Assembly: GCA_041489155.1 (NCBI GenBank)
Contig: JBGPQP010000001.1
Location: 64,001 to 128,000, forward strand
Reading direction: 5' to 3'
Source of the DNA: Candidatus Aenigmatarchaeota archaeon
GTDB lineage: Archaea > Aenigmatarchaeota > Aenigmatarchaeia > QMZP01 > QMZT01
Length of the DNA: 64,000 nt
Part shown: positions 10,803-20,622 of the stretch, one piece after another
How positions within the stretch are numbered: position 1 is the first letter of the stretch
Layout of the letters: each line of letters starts with the position of its first letter
The notes under the pieces: generated by a model
Seen by the model: only the letters and a program-made list of their open reading frames with translations
What the model was told of the DNA's origin: nothing
The model's database searches: none
Translations under genes and position numbers: made by a program

Positions 10803-11435
10803 ATGGAAGAATTTTTGAAGGAAATAAAGGAAGCCAAAGAAAAGGCAAAAAAAAGGAAATTTGTCCAAACTTGGGACCTAATTATCAACCTAAAGAATCT
10901 AGACCTGAAAAAACCGGAGAACAAGCTTAACCTCGAATTCGCTCTACCAGAAGGTAAGGGCAAAGAATCGAAATTCTTGTTCATAGCCGACATGCTTCTC
11001 TCCGAAGCAAATAAGACCGGAGGCATGGTCATAGTTAAGAACGATCTTGAGACTTTGGGGAGAGACAAGAAAAGATTGAAAAAATTCGCTGACGAATACG
11101 AATGGTGGTTTTGCGAGGCGCCACTTATGCCTATTGTGGGCAAAACGCTCGGTGTGGTGCTGGGTCCACGCGGCAAGATGCCAAAGCCCATTCCACCGAA
11201 GGGAAGTTTACAGCCCTTCGTAGAAATGTCCAAAAGAATGATTAAAATAAGAATCAAGGATTCGCCGGTAATTCACGTCGCAATTGGAAGGGAGGACATG
11301 AAAGAGGAGCAAATAATGAAGAATGCAATTGCCGTCATGAACTTCGTAAAGGAAAAGCTTCCAAAGGGTAATATGAACATAAAGAATGCTTATGTTAAAT
11401 TAACGATGGGACCGCCGATTAAACTCAAGGTGTAA
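10803..11435 (+). CDS. rpl1: 50S ribosomal protein uL1
   Basis: RKFVQTWDLIINL, LGPRGKMPKP, KLTMGP. Confidence 0.95.
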   Translation: MEEFLKEIKEAKEKAKKRKFVQTWDLIINLKNLDLKKPENKLNLEFALPEGKGKESKFLFIADMLLSEANKTGGMVIVKNDLETLGRDKKRLKKFADEYEWWFCEAPLMPIVGKTLGVVLGPRGKMPKPIPPKGSLQPFVEMSKRMIKIRIKDSPVIHVAIGREDMKEEQIMKNAIAVMNFVKEKLPKGNMNIKNAYVKLTMGPPIKLKV

Positions 11436-11437
11436 AT

Positions 11438-12262
11438 ATGGTTTCGGAAATTAAAAAACAAGCCGTCAAGCAACTGAGCAAAGAAATGAAAGAGTACTCG
11501 GTAATAGGATTGCTGGACATGCACAAGTTGCCCGCCAAGCAGCTTCAGGAATTGAGGGACAGCCTTAGGGGGAAGGCTACAATAAAGGTCACGAAGAAAA
11601 ATGTGATCAAACTTGCGATAGAAAATTCAGGCATAGGTGGACTTGGCAAGCTTGAAGACTTGATGAAAAGCCAGCCTGCCTTGTTACTTAGCAATGTTGA
11701 TCCATTCGAGCTTGCAAGAATCATAGAATCATCCAAATCTTCGGCCCCTGCGAAACCGGGTGACATCGCCAACAAAAAAATAATGATTCCGGCAGGTCCG
11801 ACTAGCCTTAAACCAGGACCGGTAATAGGCGAATTACAGAGGGTGAAATTACCAGCAGGCGTTGAGGGGGATAAAATAGTGATAAAAAAAGACACTGTGA
11901 TTGTGAAGGAAGGGGAAACGATAACAAAGCCAGTTGCTGATGTGCTGATGAAACTCGGTGTCGAGCCAGTGGAAATATCGCTCAATCTCCTTGCAGCATA
12001 CGACAGAGGGATGATATACAATAAAGAACTGCTGTTCATACCGAGGGAGAAATACGTAAATGATGTCGTGAATGCTTACAGAAATGCACTGGGTCTAGCC
12101 TTGGGTATTGGGCTTTCAACACCCGAAACGTTGCCGATATTAATAACAAAAGCACAGAGGGAGGCGATGAGCATCGCATCGAAAGTTAATTTGCCGAGCG
12201 AGTCGCCTATTATGGCAGAAGAAGCTGATGTTAATAAAAAACCAGAGGAGGAGTCAGAATGA
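11438..12262 (+). CDS. rpl10: 50S ribosomal protein uL10 (P0)
   Basis: APAKPGDIA, PAGPTSLKPGP; position in the L1-L10-L12 operon. Confidence 0.95.
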   Translation: MVSEIKKQAVKQLSKEMKEYSVIGLLDMHKLPAKQLQELRDSLRGKATIKVTKKNVIKLAIENSGIGGLGKLEDLMKSQPALLLSNVDPFELARIIESSKSSAPAKPGDIANKKIMIPAGPTSLKPGPVIGELQRVKLPAGVEGDKIVIKKDTVIVKEGETITKPVADVLMKLGVEPVEISLNLLAAYDRGMIYNKELLFIPREKYVNDVVNAYRNALGLALGIGLSTPETLPILITKAQREAMSIASKVNLPSESPIMAEEADVNKKPEEESE

Positions 12263-12561
12263 AAATGATATATGCAGCCTTGCTCCTTCACTCTCTTGGA
12301 AAGGAAGTCGACGAAACTGGCATAAAGCATGTGATGGAAGCAGCAGGTGCCAGCGTCGATCACGCAGAGCTTAAGGCGCTAGTGTCGAACCTGAAGAGCG
12401 TGAACATAGACGAAGCGATAAAAAACGCATCGCTCATGCAGGCAGCACCGGTAGCATCTGAAAAACCAGCAGAGGAGAAGGCTGAAGGCAAAAAAGAAGA
12501 AAAGGCAGATGAAGAGAAAGCAGAAGAAGCTGCAGCGGGGCTTAGCGCGCTTTTTGGTTAA
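12259..12561 (+). CDS. rpl12: 50S ribosomal stalk protein P1/L12
   Basis: YAALLLH start; acidic tail ending AAAGLSALFG. Confidence 0.96.
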   Translation: MKMIYAALLLHSLGKEVDETGIKHVMEAAGASVDHAELKALVSNLKSVNIDEAIKNASLMQAAPVASEKPAEEKAEGKKEEKADEEKAEEAAAGLSALFG

Positions 12562-12693
12562 TTCATTTTGATCTCTTAGGAAAAGCGCGGCCCTTTCCTA
12601 ATTCTGAAAATGTTAAAAGGTTTGCAGAAGGAATATTGCATGTGGGTCGGAATTCCACGTTAATTTAAGCAGTCGATTAGAAAATAATAAATT

Positions 12694-15528
12694 ATGAAAC
12701 CGGATAAGGAAATTAAAAAGGAGTTTCGCCCGAAGTTCTGGGCGCATCCCGAGAAATATTATGCGACCGAGGTTTTGAAAGATGAAGGTTTTTCGAGAAA
12801 AATTTGTGTTAAGTGCAAAAAACCTTTCTGGTCAACGGATATTGAAAGAAAGGTTTGCGGGGACCCTTCATGCAGCGGTGAAGGCTTCGCCTTCATAGGC
12901 AATTCGCCTGCGAAAAGGAAGCTGGGTTATGTTGAAGTCTGGCAGGATTTCTCAAGGATGTTCAAAGGCTTAGGATACACGCCGATAAACAGATACCCTG
13001 TTGTGGCGAGATGGAATCCGACCATGGATTACGTAAATGCTTCCATCGCTGCATTTCAGCCTTACGTTATTTCTGGTGAGGTCGAACCACCGGCGAATCC
13101 GCTGGTAATCCCTCAGTTCTGTCTCAGGTTTAATGATATAGATAATGTAGGTATTACCCAATCGCATAACACCGGCTTCGTTATGATCGGCCAGCACATG
13201 TTTGTAAAACCGATGCAGTGGGATCAGAACAGGGTATTCAGAGACATACATACATGGCTGAAGAAGGGTCTTGGCTTGCAGAACTCCGATATAATATTTC
13301 ATGAGGATGCATGGGCAGGAGGGGGAAACTTCGGGCCCTGCATGGAATTTTTTTCAAAGGGATGCGAGCTGGGAAACCAGGTTTACATGCTCTACGAACA
13401 AACGCCTTCTGGCAACAGGGACCTGAGCATAAAAGTTCTTGACATGGGAATGGGGCAGGAAAGAAATGCCTGGTTTTCGCAAGGTTGCGAGACGATTTAT
13501 GATGCATCATTTCCGCACGTAATTGAAAAACTTTTATCATTAACTGGCTTGAAAGTCGACAATGACCTTATGAGAAAATACATTCATCATGCTGGCCTTC
13601 TGAATCTGGATGAAACTGAAAATATAGAAAAGGCATGGAAGACCGTGGCGAAATTGGTAGGAGCGGATGTTGATTTTTTGAGGAACTTCATACTTCCCCT
13701 ATCCGGCGTCTATTCAATTGCAGAGCACATGAGAACGCTCCTATTTGCACTGGCTGACGGCGGTCTTCCTAGCAACGTGGGAGGCGGCTATAATCTCAGG
13801 GTAGTTGCCAGAAGGGCTATGATGTTCAAAAGCAGATACGGATGGGAAATCGATTTCACAAAGGTTTGTGAATGGCATGCAAGTTACCTAAAGCCAATTT
13901 TCCCAGAACTTTCAGAAAACATAGAAGACGTTAAAAAAATAATAGAGGTTGAGGAAAGGAAATACGAAAATACGAGAAGGAACTCTATAGCCATCGTCGG
14001 CAAACTGATTGAAAAAGGCGTGAACGAGCATGACCTTGTAAGACTTTATGACAGTCATGGCATACCACCAGAGATAATAAAAATGGAGTTCGAGGAACGA
14101 GGGAAAAAATTGATGGTGCCGGATGACTTCTATTCAAAAGTCTCGGCACTTCATGAAAAAACGAAACAGGAAACTGAAACTGAAAGATCAGAGAAACTAC
14201 CGCTTGATGGAATCCCTGATACCATAAATCTTTATTTTGGCGACTACAAGAAGCTTGGGTTCGAGGCTAAAGTTCTCAAGGCCGGTAGTGATTTTGTAGT
14301 TCTTGACCAGACAGCTTTTTATCCGACATCGGGCGGACAACTGCATGACATCGGTGAAATAAGCGGCAGGGTGGTGGATGACGTATTCAAACAGGGCGGC
14401 ATCATAGTTCACAAGGTTGAGAAGGGTCATGGTTTAAAGGAAGGTGCTGAAGTTGTCGGGAAGGTTAACTTGCAGAGACGATTAAAGCTTTCGCAACAGC
14501 ACACTGCAGCGCATATAATCAATGCAGCAGCAAGAAAGGTATTAGGTAATCATGTTAATCAGGCAGGTGCAAAAAAAACCGAGGATAAATCCCATCTGGA
14601 CATAACCCATTATCAGCCACTGGGCACGGAAGAAATCAGAAGGATAGAAGAAATCTCCAACAAAATGGTGCAGGATGAAATAAAGGTTGAGAAGCTTCTG
14701 ATGCCGAGAAACGATGCTGAAAAGAGATTCGGCATGAGAATATACCAAGGTGGCGCAGTTCCGGGCAAGCTTTTAAGGATAGTTAACATTCCGGGGATAG
14801 ATGTTGAGGCATGCGGTGGAACCCATTTAAACAACACGAAAGAAGTCGGAAATATCAAGATATTAAAAACCACTAAAATACAAGACGGGATCGATAGAAT
14901 AGAATTCACAGTCGGCGAAGAGGCCGGTAAAATATCAGAAAGGGAAGGGAGAATTTTCGATGAAGTTGTACTTAATGTGAAAAAATTCGCTGCATTTGAT
15001 TATGACAAGGCTTCTTCTAAACAATTAAGAGATTGCGCAGAGTTCTTTTCTGTTCCAGTGGAACAAGTTGGCAAAACAACCAAAAAATTCGCCGAGGAGG
15101 CAGAGAATTACAGCAAGAAGACCGGGAAGCGGATAGTCAAAAGAAAGGCCAAAAACATGAAAGAAGCATGCGAAATTCTGTTTGAAACATGGAAAGACCT
15201 GAAGAAGGAATCTGAAAGAATGTCGAAGGATATAGCTGATTCCAGAATAGAAGATCTTGTTGGCAAAGCCAAAAATAATGAAATTTTCGAGATTGTTGAT
15301 ATGGGAAGGGAAGATATGATAAATCTCTGCGATTTGCTCGTCACGCAAGATCCAGAGCTAACCGTGATTCTGGTGAACAAGGGTGGCGATGTAGTTGGCA
15401 TGAGCGAAAAAAAAGACATATCAAAGGCTGTCAAACATCTGTGCGAAAAATTCTCCGGATGCGGCGGCGGAAGGGGGAGATTAGCGCAAGGTAAATTGGA
15501 CCCGGAAAGGCTAGAAAGCAAAGAATAA
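12694..15528 (+). CDS. alaS: Alanyl-tRNA synthetase
   Basis: RYPVVARW, QFCLRFNDIDNVG, HTAAH and CGGTH editing motifs, GGGRGRLAQG C-terminus. Confidence 0.96.
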   Translation: MKPDKEIKKEFRPKFWAHPEKYYATEVLKDEGFSRKICVKCKKPFWSTDIERKVCGDPSCSGEGFAFIGNSPAKRKLGYVEVWQDFSRMFKGLGYTPINRYPVVARWNPTMDYVNASIAAFQPYVISGEVEPPANPLVIPQFCLRFNDIDNVGITQSHNTGFVMIGQHMFVKPMQWDQNRVFRDIHTWLKKGLGLQNSDIIFHEDAWAGGGNFGPCMEFFSKGCELGNQVYMLYEQTPSGNRDLSIKVLDMGMGQERNAWFSQGCETIYDASFPHVIEKLLSLTGLKVDNDLMRKYIHHAGLLNLDETENIEKAWKTVAKLVGADVDFLRNFILPLSGVYSIAEHMRTLLFALADGGLPSNVGGGYNLRVVARRAMMFKSRYGWEIDFTKVCEWHASYLKPIFPELSENIEDVKKIIEVEERKYENTRRNSIAIVGKLIEKGVNEHDLVRLYDSHGIPPEIIKMEFEERGKKLMVPDDFYSKVSALHEKTKQETETERSEKLPLDGIPDTINLYFGDYKKLGFEAKVLKAGSDFVVLDQTAFYPTSGGQLHDIGEISGRVVDDVFKQGGIIVHKVEKGHGLKEGAEVVGKVNLQRRLKLSQQHTAAHIINAAARKVLGNHVNQAGAKKTEDKSHLDITHYQPLGTEEIRRIEEISNKMVQDEIKVEKLLMPRNDAEKRFGMRIYQGGAVPGKLLRIVNIPGIDVEACGGTHLNNTKEVGNIKILKTTKIQDGIDRIEFTVGEEAGKISEREGRIFDEVVLNVKKFAAFDYDKASSKQLRDCAEFFSVPVEQVGKTTKKFAEEAENYSKKTGKRIVKRKAKNMKEACEILFETWKDLKKESERMSKDIADSRIEDLVGKAKNNEIFEIVDMGREDMINLCDLLVTQDPELTVILVNKGGDVVGMSEKKDISKAVKHLCEKFSGCGGGRGRLAQGKLDPERLESKE

Positions 15529-15583
15529 TAGAAATATGTTATTTTTTCAATTAAAATTAAGAAATGCCCAGATGCTTTTTATT

Positions 15584-16024
15584 TTAAGCGCCTGGACAAT
15601 AGACGCTTATCGACTGTGCTCTGCCTGAAACAATCATGTCATATGAGCATGTTCTCGGACAATCAGTTGAGCAGCATGCCGTGTTTATTGTCACTTTTGC
15701 ATAGCCGCCTGAGTTTATTAACGTTTTTTCAGTCGTCGTGCATGTTGTTTGGTTCAGCTCACACCAGTCCAGTTGCGTATCGCTCAGGGCGGTACTGCCT
15801 AACATCACCAGTATGTCGTTTCTTATGTTTATCGACTGCGTCCCTATGTTGTGCAGTATCGCCATTACGTTCTGGCCGTTGGGGCATTTTTGTGTCGGGA
15901 TTTCCACAACCTTCGCTGTCAGCGACGTGAAGTAGTTGCTCATGTATGTCCATGCAGCTGATGCCAAGCCGACTGTTATCAGCAAAAGTATTATTACCGA
16001 TATTATTGGCGTTATACCCTTCAT
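15584..16024 (-). CDS. Type IV pilin/archaellin-like protein (class III signal peptide)
   Basis: MKG/ITPIISVIILLLITVGLA N-terminus; Cys-rich globular domain. Confidence 0.8.
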   Translation of the reverse strand: MKGITPIISVIILLLITVGLASAAWTYMSNYFTSLTAKVVEIPTQKCPNGQNVMAILHNIGTQSINIRNDILVMLGSTALSDTQLDWCELNQTTCTTTEKTLINSGGYAKVTINTACCSTDCPRTCSYDMIVSGRAQSISVYCPGA

Positions 16025-16236
16025 TTTTTTGACCTCCCTAATTGATCTTGAATCTGGCTTAGTATCGACATTATAGCCAGCAGGATTATGCCTATCACTA
16101 TTAATATTAGCGATATTATTGTATTCTGCGGGTCAAGGAAACCGACAGATAGTAGCATAAAAAAGCTTAAGGCTAACACTATGCTTACTACGATCGTCCC
16201 TCCCTGTATTATCAGGTATTTCTTCATGCCAGTCAC
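16021..16236 (-). CDS. Small two-TM membrane protein
   Basis: Two hydrophobic helices; 4-nt overlaps with both neighbours. Confidence 0.6.
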   Translation of the reverse strand: MTGMKKYLIIQGGTIVVSIVLALSFFMLLSVGFLDPQNTIISLILIVIGIILLAIMSILSQIQDQLGRSKK

Positions 16237-16742
16237 CTGAGCTCTGTCCTGTATTCAGAAGCTGGTCTCACTGGCCCCATTGCAGGCGAGGGCGCTGGAG
16301 CATAGAATCTCTTGAGTCTTTTCTCGATTATACCAAGGGTTGTCAGAACTGCCTGGTTGGTCTCAAAGCTTTTCTTGTTCTGCTCTATGAGCTCTGTCAT
16401 TTTGTCCACAAGCGGTGTCATGACCTCTTTCGAAATGTTGGAGACTTCATCTTCCTCGGCCGATATTTTCAGCAGCTTCATGAACTCTCTCATCTCGAGT
16501 ATAAGGTCGTCTATTTTTTTGGGGAGCTTCGAAACCTCTGTTATCAGGTCATTGTTTGCTCTTATGGTGCTGTCGATTATTTTCTGATTCGCTTTTATGA
16601 GGTCAACCACCTGTTCTATGAGCCTGCCGACCTCCGAAGAATACGTCCCTCCCTCAACCTTCTCTATCCTTTTTTCAAGCCTTCTTATGGGCGATGTCGG
16701 TATTATCTCGAATTCCTCGTCTGGACTAATGTCTGGTGTCAT
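16233..16742 (-). CDS. Coiled-coil hypothetical protein
   Basis: Heptad-rich helical sequence; first gene of the operon ending in the pilin. Confidence 0.65.
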   Translation of the reverse strand: MTPDISPDEEFEIIPTSPIRRLEKRIEKVEGGTYSSEVGRLIEQVVDLIKANQKIIDSTIRANNDLITEVSKLPKKIDDLILEMREFMKLLKISAEEDEVSNISKEVMTPLVDKMTELIEQNKKSFETNQAVLTTLGIIEKRLKRFYAPAPSPAMGPVRPASEYRTELR

Positions 16743-16807
16743 AATAATAATTGGCTCAAGCCTAATATAAATATTTAAAGGGGGAAGGAACGGGGATATA
16801 CGTCGCT

Positions 16808-18445
16808 TTAGTATTCTTCCGGCATTCCTCCGCCTGACGGCATCGGCATGCCTTTCTTCTCGCCTGAGCCGGCGGAAATTATATCGTCAATCCTGAGTAT
16901 CATTTCCGCTACCTCACTCGCGCTCTTTATTGCCTGTATCTTTATTTTCAGCGGCTCTATCACGCCGAGGGCCATCATGTCCTGGACGTTTCCGGTGAAA
17001 ACGTCAAGGCCGACTGTTATCCTGTTCTTGTCGTGCTCTGCCCTGAGCTGCGCTATTTTGTCAATAGGGTCTAGACCGGCGTTTTCAGCGAGACTCCTGG
17101 GAACGACTTCCATTGCATTCGCAAACGCGTTTACTGCTAGCTGCTCCCTTCCCTTGAACGAATCGGCGTATTTTCTGAGCTGTCTGGCGACCTGCATTTC
17201 TGCTGCTCCGCCTCCGGCTACTATCTTTCCAAGTTCAAGCGACGCTGCCACTCCTTTAACTGCGTCTACCATTGCCCTTTCTACTTCGTCTATAACATGT
17301 TCGCTGCCGCCGCGGATAAGTATCGTGACTGCCTTCGGCTCCTTGCATTTCTCCACGAACAGCATCTCGTCGCCGGCAATTTTCTTCTCCTCTACGACGC
17401 CAGCGAAGCCGAGGTCTGTTTTGTTAAGTTCTTTGATGCTGCTTACAAGCTTGGCACCAGTCGCCCTTGCCAGCTTCTCCATGTCAGATTTCTTGACTCT
17501 TCTGGCGGCAATTATGCCTGCCTTGGCAAGATAATGCTGCGCCATGTCATCTATGCCTTTCTGGCAGAAGACGACGTTCGCCCCTGATTTTATAACCATG
17601 TCAGCCATTTCTTTAAGAACCCTTTCCTCTCCGTCAAGGAATGCCTGGAGTTTTTCAGGAGAATCTATGCTTATTTTCGCATCCCCTTCCAGTTCTTTGA
17701 TTTCGAGGGCGGAATCGAGCAATGCTATTTTTGCTTTTTCAAGCCTCTTCGGCATTGCTGAATGCACGACTTCCTTGTCAAGGACTATGCCGTCTATCAG
17801 TTCGGTCTCGTTCATCGAGCCACCTGACTTTTTCTCGATTTTCACATTTTCTGTGTCAACATAGACCTTGCCCTCCTTTACCTCTGCTATTTTCTTAACT
17901 GCCCTCACTGCAAGGTCGGAGAGCTTTTCTGACGCCCTATCTGCTGATTTTCCTGTCATTGCGGTTTTGGCTATATTGTGCAGGGTTTCCTCGTTTTCTA
18001 TGGTAACGTTTTTTGCAAGCTTTTCGACGATCTCAAGTGCCTTTAGCTTCGCGAGTCTGAAGCCTTTTGTGACGACGGTCGGGTGTATCTGCTGCTCCAA
18101 GAGTTTTTCTGCTTCATGCAGAAGCTCGCCTGCAATTATGACAGCCGTGGTCGTTCCATCGCCCACTGCCTCGTCCTGCGTTTTAGCTACTTCCACCATC
18201 ATCTTCGCAGCAGGATGCTCTATCTGCATCTCGCTGAGTATAGTCGCCCCGTCATTCGTTATCGTCACGTCGCCCAATGAGTCTACCAGCATTTTGTCCA
18301 TGCCTTTCGGACCCAATGTCGTTCGAACAGCATCAGCCACCAGCTTTGCTGCGGCTATGTTGTTTTTGTGCGCCTCCCTTCCTTTCGTCCTCAAAGTGCC
18401 TTCCGGCAGAATAAATATCGGCTGTATAGTCTGCGCTCCATTCAT
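16808..18445 (-). CDS. ths: Thermosome subunit (group II chaperonin)
   Basis: [35 protein letters not shown]. Confidence 0.97.
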   Translation of the reverse strand: MNGAQTIQPIFILPEGTLRTKGREAHKNNIAAAKLVADAVRTTLGPKGMDKMLVDSLGDVTITNDGATILSEMQIEHPAAKMMVEVAKTQDEAVGDGTTTAVIIAGELLHEAEKLLEQQIHPTVVTKGFRLAKLKALEIVEKLAKNVTIENEETLHNIAKTAMTGKSADRASEKLSDLAVRAVKKIAEVKEGKVYVDTENVKIEKKSGGSMNETELIDGIVLDKEVVHSAMPKRLEKAKIALLDSALEIKELEGDAKISIDSPEKLQAFLDGEERVLKEMADMVIKSGANVVFCQKGIDDMAQHYLAKAGIIAARRVKKSDMEKLARATGAKLVSSIKELNKTDLGFAGVVEEKKIAGDEMLFVEKCKEPKAVTILIRGGSEHVIDEVERAMVDAVKGVAASLELGKIVAGGGAAEMQVARQLRKYADSFKGREQLAVNAFANAMEVVPRSLAENAGLDPIDKIAQLRAEHDKNRITVGLDVFTGNVQDMMALGVIEPLKIKIQAIKSASEVAEMILRIDDIISAGSGEKKGMPMPSGGGMPEEY

Positions 18446-18599
18446 GAAACCACATCTCCTTTGCCTCTATTTATCGATTTATAACTATCTAATGGATATA
18501 CAGATTATGAATGGGTTATTTATAAGCTTTTCTCCAATTTTTCTAAGCACCGTCATTAACCAATTAATTTAAGCCTTGACCAATATAGATTATCAAAAC

Positions 18600-18729
18600 G
18601 GGCTCGTAGCTCAGCTGGTTAGAGCGCCGGTCTTATAAGACCGTCAGGCGTCATGCCTGATAGCTTTGAACCGACAATCATCGGTTATAGGAAAGCCGGA
18701 GGCCAGGGGTTCGAATCCCCTCGAGCCCA
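18600..18729 (+). tRNA. tRNA-Ile(UAU) with 56-nt intron at 37/38 (18638-18693)
   Basis: Acceptor stem GGGCTCG/CGAGCCC, D-arm GCTC/GAGC, anticodon stem CCGGT/GCCGG, anticodon TAT at 18634-18636, T-arm AGGGG-TTCGAAT-CCCCT; BHB-like CTTA/TAGG helix; CCA not encoded. Confidence 0.88.
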
Positions 18730-18731
18730 TG

Positions 18732-19055
18732 CTACTTTTTGATTTTTAAAAGGCTGAAAAACCACGATAACTTTTCATACAAATTTTCATACAAATAGAC
18801 TGTTATACTAATGCAGAAACCCTCTGCCAACGTCATTGTTACAGGCACGCCATTGAAAAATAGTTTCATGTAAGCTTGTTCCGTGTAGCTATAATATCCC
18901 ATATTTACCTGAATTATGTCGAAAAGGAAACCCGTCAACGCGCCAAAAATGAAGTAAAGAATGAATCTGTAGTCTCTTTCGCGCACCAAAATGTAGGCAA
19001 ATGATAAGAAAAATACAATGAAACTGGAGGCCCAGAATAACGGAGCGTCAATCAT
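18732..19055 (-). CDS. Small membrane protein
   Basis: Three TM segments; start moved to MIDAPLFW; resembles the upstream neighbour. Confidence 0.55.
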   Translation of the reverse strand: MIDAPLFWASSFIVFFLSFAYILVRERDYRFILYFIFGALTGFLFDIIQVNMGYYSYTEQAYMKLFFNGVPVTMTLAEGFCISITVYLYENLYEKLSWFFSLLKIKK

Positions 19056-19326
19056 TTTTAAACCTCCTGAAAACAACATCGGCCAGAAAATATGAAATGC
19101 AAATGAACTGAAAATATGCAAAAAGCGTGATGATGGAAACCCCCAAAAACTGCGGATATGCATGATATTCCCACAGGCCGAAATAAACACCAATCGGCTC
19201 CCACACAGAAGCCAGTAACACGGTAAACAACCCCAGAGTTATGTATTTTCCAAGTTTTTTTCTTTCGGCAAACAGTATGAGAATAAGAGGCAGGGACATT
19301 ATCAGGAAAAAGACAAGTTGCTCCAT
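19048..19326 (-). CDS. Small membrane protein
   Basis: Three TM segments, GLWEY..PQFLGV loop; start moved to MEQLVFF. Confidence 0.55.
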   Translation of the reverse strand: MEQLVFFLIMSLPLILILFAERKKLGKYITLGLFTVLLASVWEPIGVYFGLWEYHAYPQFLGVSIITLFAYFQFICISYFLADVVFRRFKND

Positions 19327-19362
19327 ATTTATAATTAAAATAACCACATTAAAACTGATTAT

Positions 19363-20622
19363 ATGAAAATCATATCGGATCTGCACATCCATTCCCGTTT
19401 TTCCAGGGCGACAAGCAGCGACCTCAGCATAGCCAATCTCGTGAAATACGCCAAGATGAAAGGCCTTCATCTTCTCGGTACTGGCGACTTCACCCATCCC
19501 GCCTGGCTCCAGGAGCTGAAAAACGAGCTGAAGGAAGACGGGACGGGAATACTAAAAACAGATGACGGGTTTCCTTTCATCCTTTCGGGCGAGATAGCGA
19601 GCATTTACAACCAGAATAATGCTCTGAGGAGAATACATAACATCCTGCTTTGTCCGGATTTTGCAACAGCCGAGCAGGTACATGAAACTCTGAAAGGGAA
19701 GCACGTCAAAATAGACGCTGACGGCAGGCCGATATGCGGCATCCGCTGCCCTGAATTGGTTGAAACCCTGAAAGGCATAAATCCAAGAATCGAAATTATT
19801 CCTGCCCACATATGGACGCCGTGGTTCTCGCTTTTCGGGTCGAAATCTGGTTTCGACCGTATAGGGGATTGTTTTCAGGATCAGACAAAAAACATACATG
19901 CGCTGGAGACAGGCTTGTCTTCGGATCCAGCCATGAACTGGCGGCTGTCACAGCTTGACGGGTTTTCTCTCGTTTCGTTTTCAGATTCCCATTCATTCTG
20001 GCCATGGAGGATCGGGAGAGAGGCGACGGTATTTGATCTGAAACATGTCAACTATGACAATCTGATAAAGGCCTTGAGAACCGGGGATGGTTTAGTGGAG
20101 ACGATAGAAGTCGACCCTTCTTATGGCAAATATCATTATGATGGCCACAGGGACTGTAATGTTTCGCTCAGTCCGGAGGAATCGAAAAAATTGCGGAACA
20201 TCTGCCCGGTGTGCGGGAGGCCGCTGACAATAGGTGTTTTGCACCGTGTGGAAGAACTTGCAGACAGGCCGGAAGGCTTCACGCCCAAAGATTCAAGACC
20301 CTTTCGTTCCGTTGTCCCGTTATCGGAAATAATATCTTTTGCTCTGGGGGCGAGCATGAGTTCTTCGAAGGTCTGGGGGGAATACAGCAGGCTCGTGGGC
20401 GCCTTCGGGTCCGAACTTGGAGTGTTGTTTGACGCAGATGAAGAGAAATTAAGAACTACAACAGAAAGTAAAATTGCAGAACTGATAAACAAGATGGGAA
20501 GCAGCAGGATAAAAATAAAGCCCGGATATGATGGCGTGTACGGGGAAATCGAAACCGAAAGCGTGAGAAGATCTCAGAAAAAAAGTATAACAAAACCTCA
20601 AAAGAGGCTGGTTGATTTCTAA
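19363..20622 (+). CDS. Endonuclease Q family protein (PHP domain plus Zn ribbon)
   Basis: DLHIHSRFSRATS, GTGDFTHP, PAHIWTPWFS, SDSHS, GKYHYDGHRDC, CPVCG, PGYDGVYG. Confidence 0.9.
   Translation: MKIISDLHIHSRFSRATSSDLSIANLVKYAKMKGLHLLGTGDFTHPAWLQELKNELKEDGTGILKTDDGFPFILSGEIASIYNQNNALRRIHNILLCPDFATAEQVHETLKGKHVKIDADGRPICGIRCPELVETLKGINPRIEIIPAHIWTPWFSLFGSKSGFDRIGDCFQDQTKNIHALETGLSSDPAMNWRLSQLDGFSLVSFSDSHSFWPWRIGREATVFDLKHVNYDNLIKALRTGDGLVETIEVDPSYGKYHYDGHRDCNVSLSPEESKKLRNICPVCGRPLTIGVLHRVEELADRPEGFTPKDSRPFRSVVPLSEIISFALGASMSSSKVWGEYSRLVGAFGSELGVLFDADEEKLRTTTESKIAELINKMGSSRIKIKPGYDGVYGEIETESVRRSQKKSITKPQKRLVDF

Noticed and set aside
16848..18572. Long plus-strand ORFs opposite the thermosome, and similar antisense ORFs elsewhere
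   Set aside because: Ser/Phe-rich antisense shadows of well-supported genes.
18638..18693. C/D box guide RNA within the tRNA intron
   Set aside because: A CTGA is present but there is no convincing RTGATGA C box.
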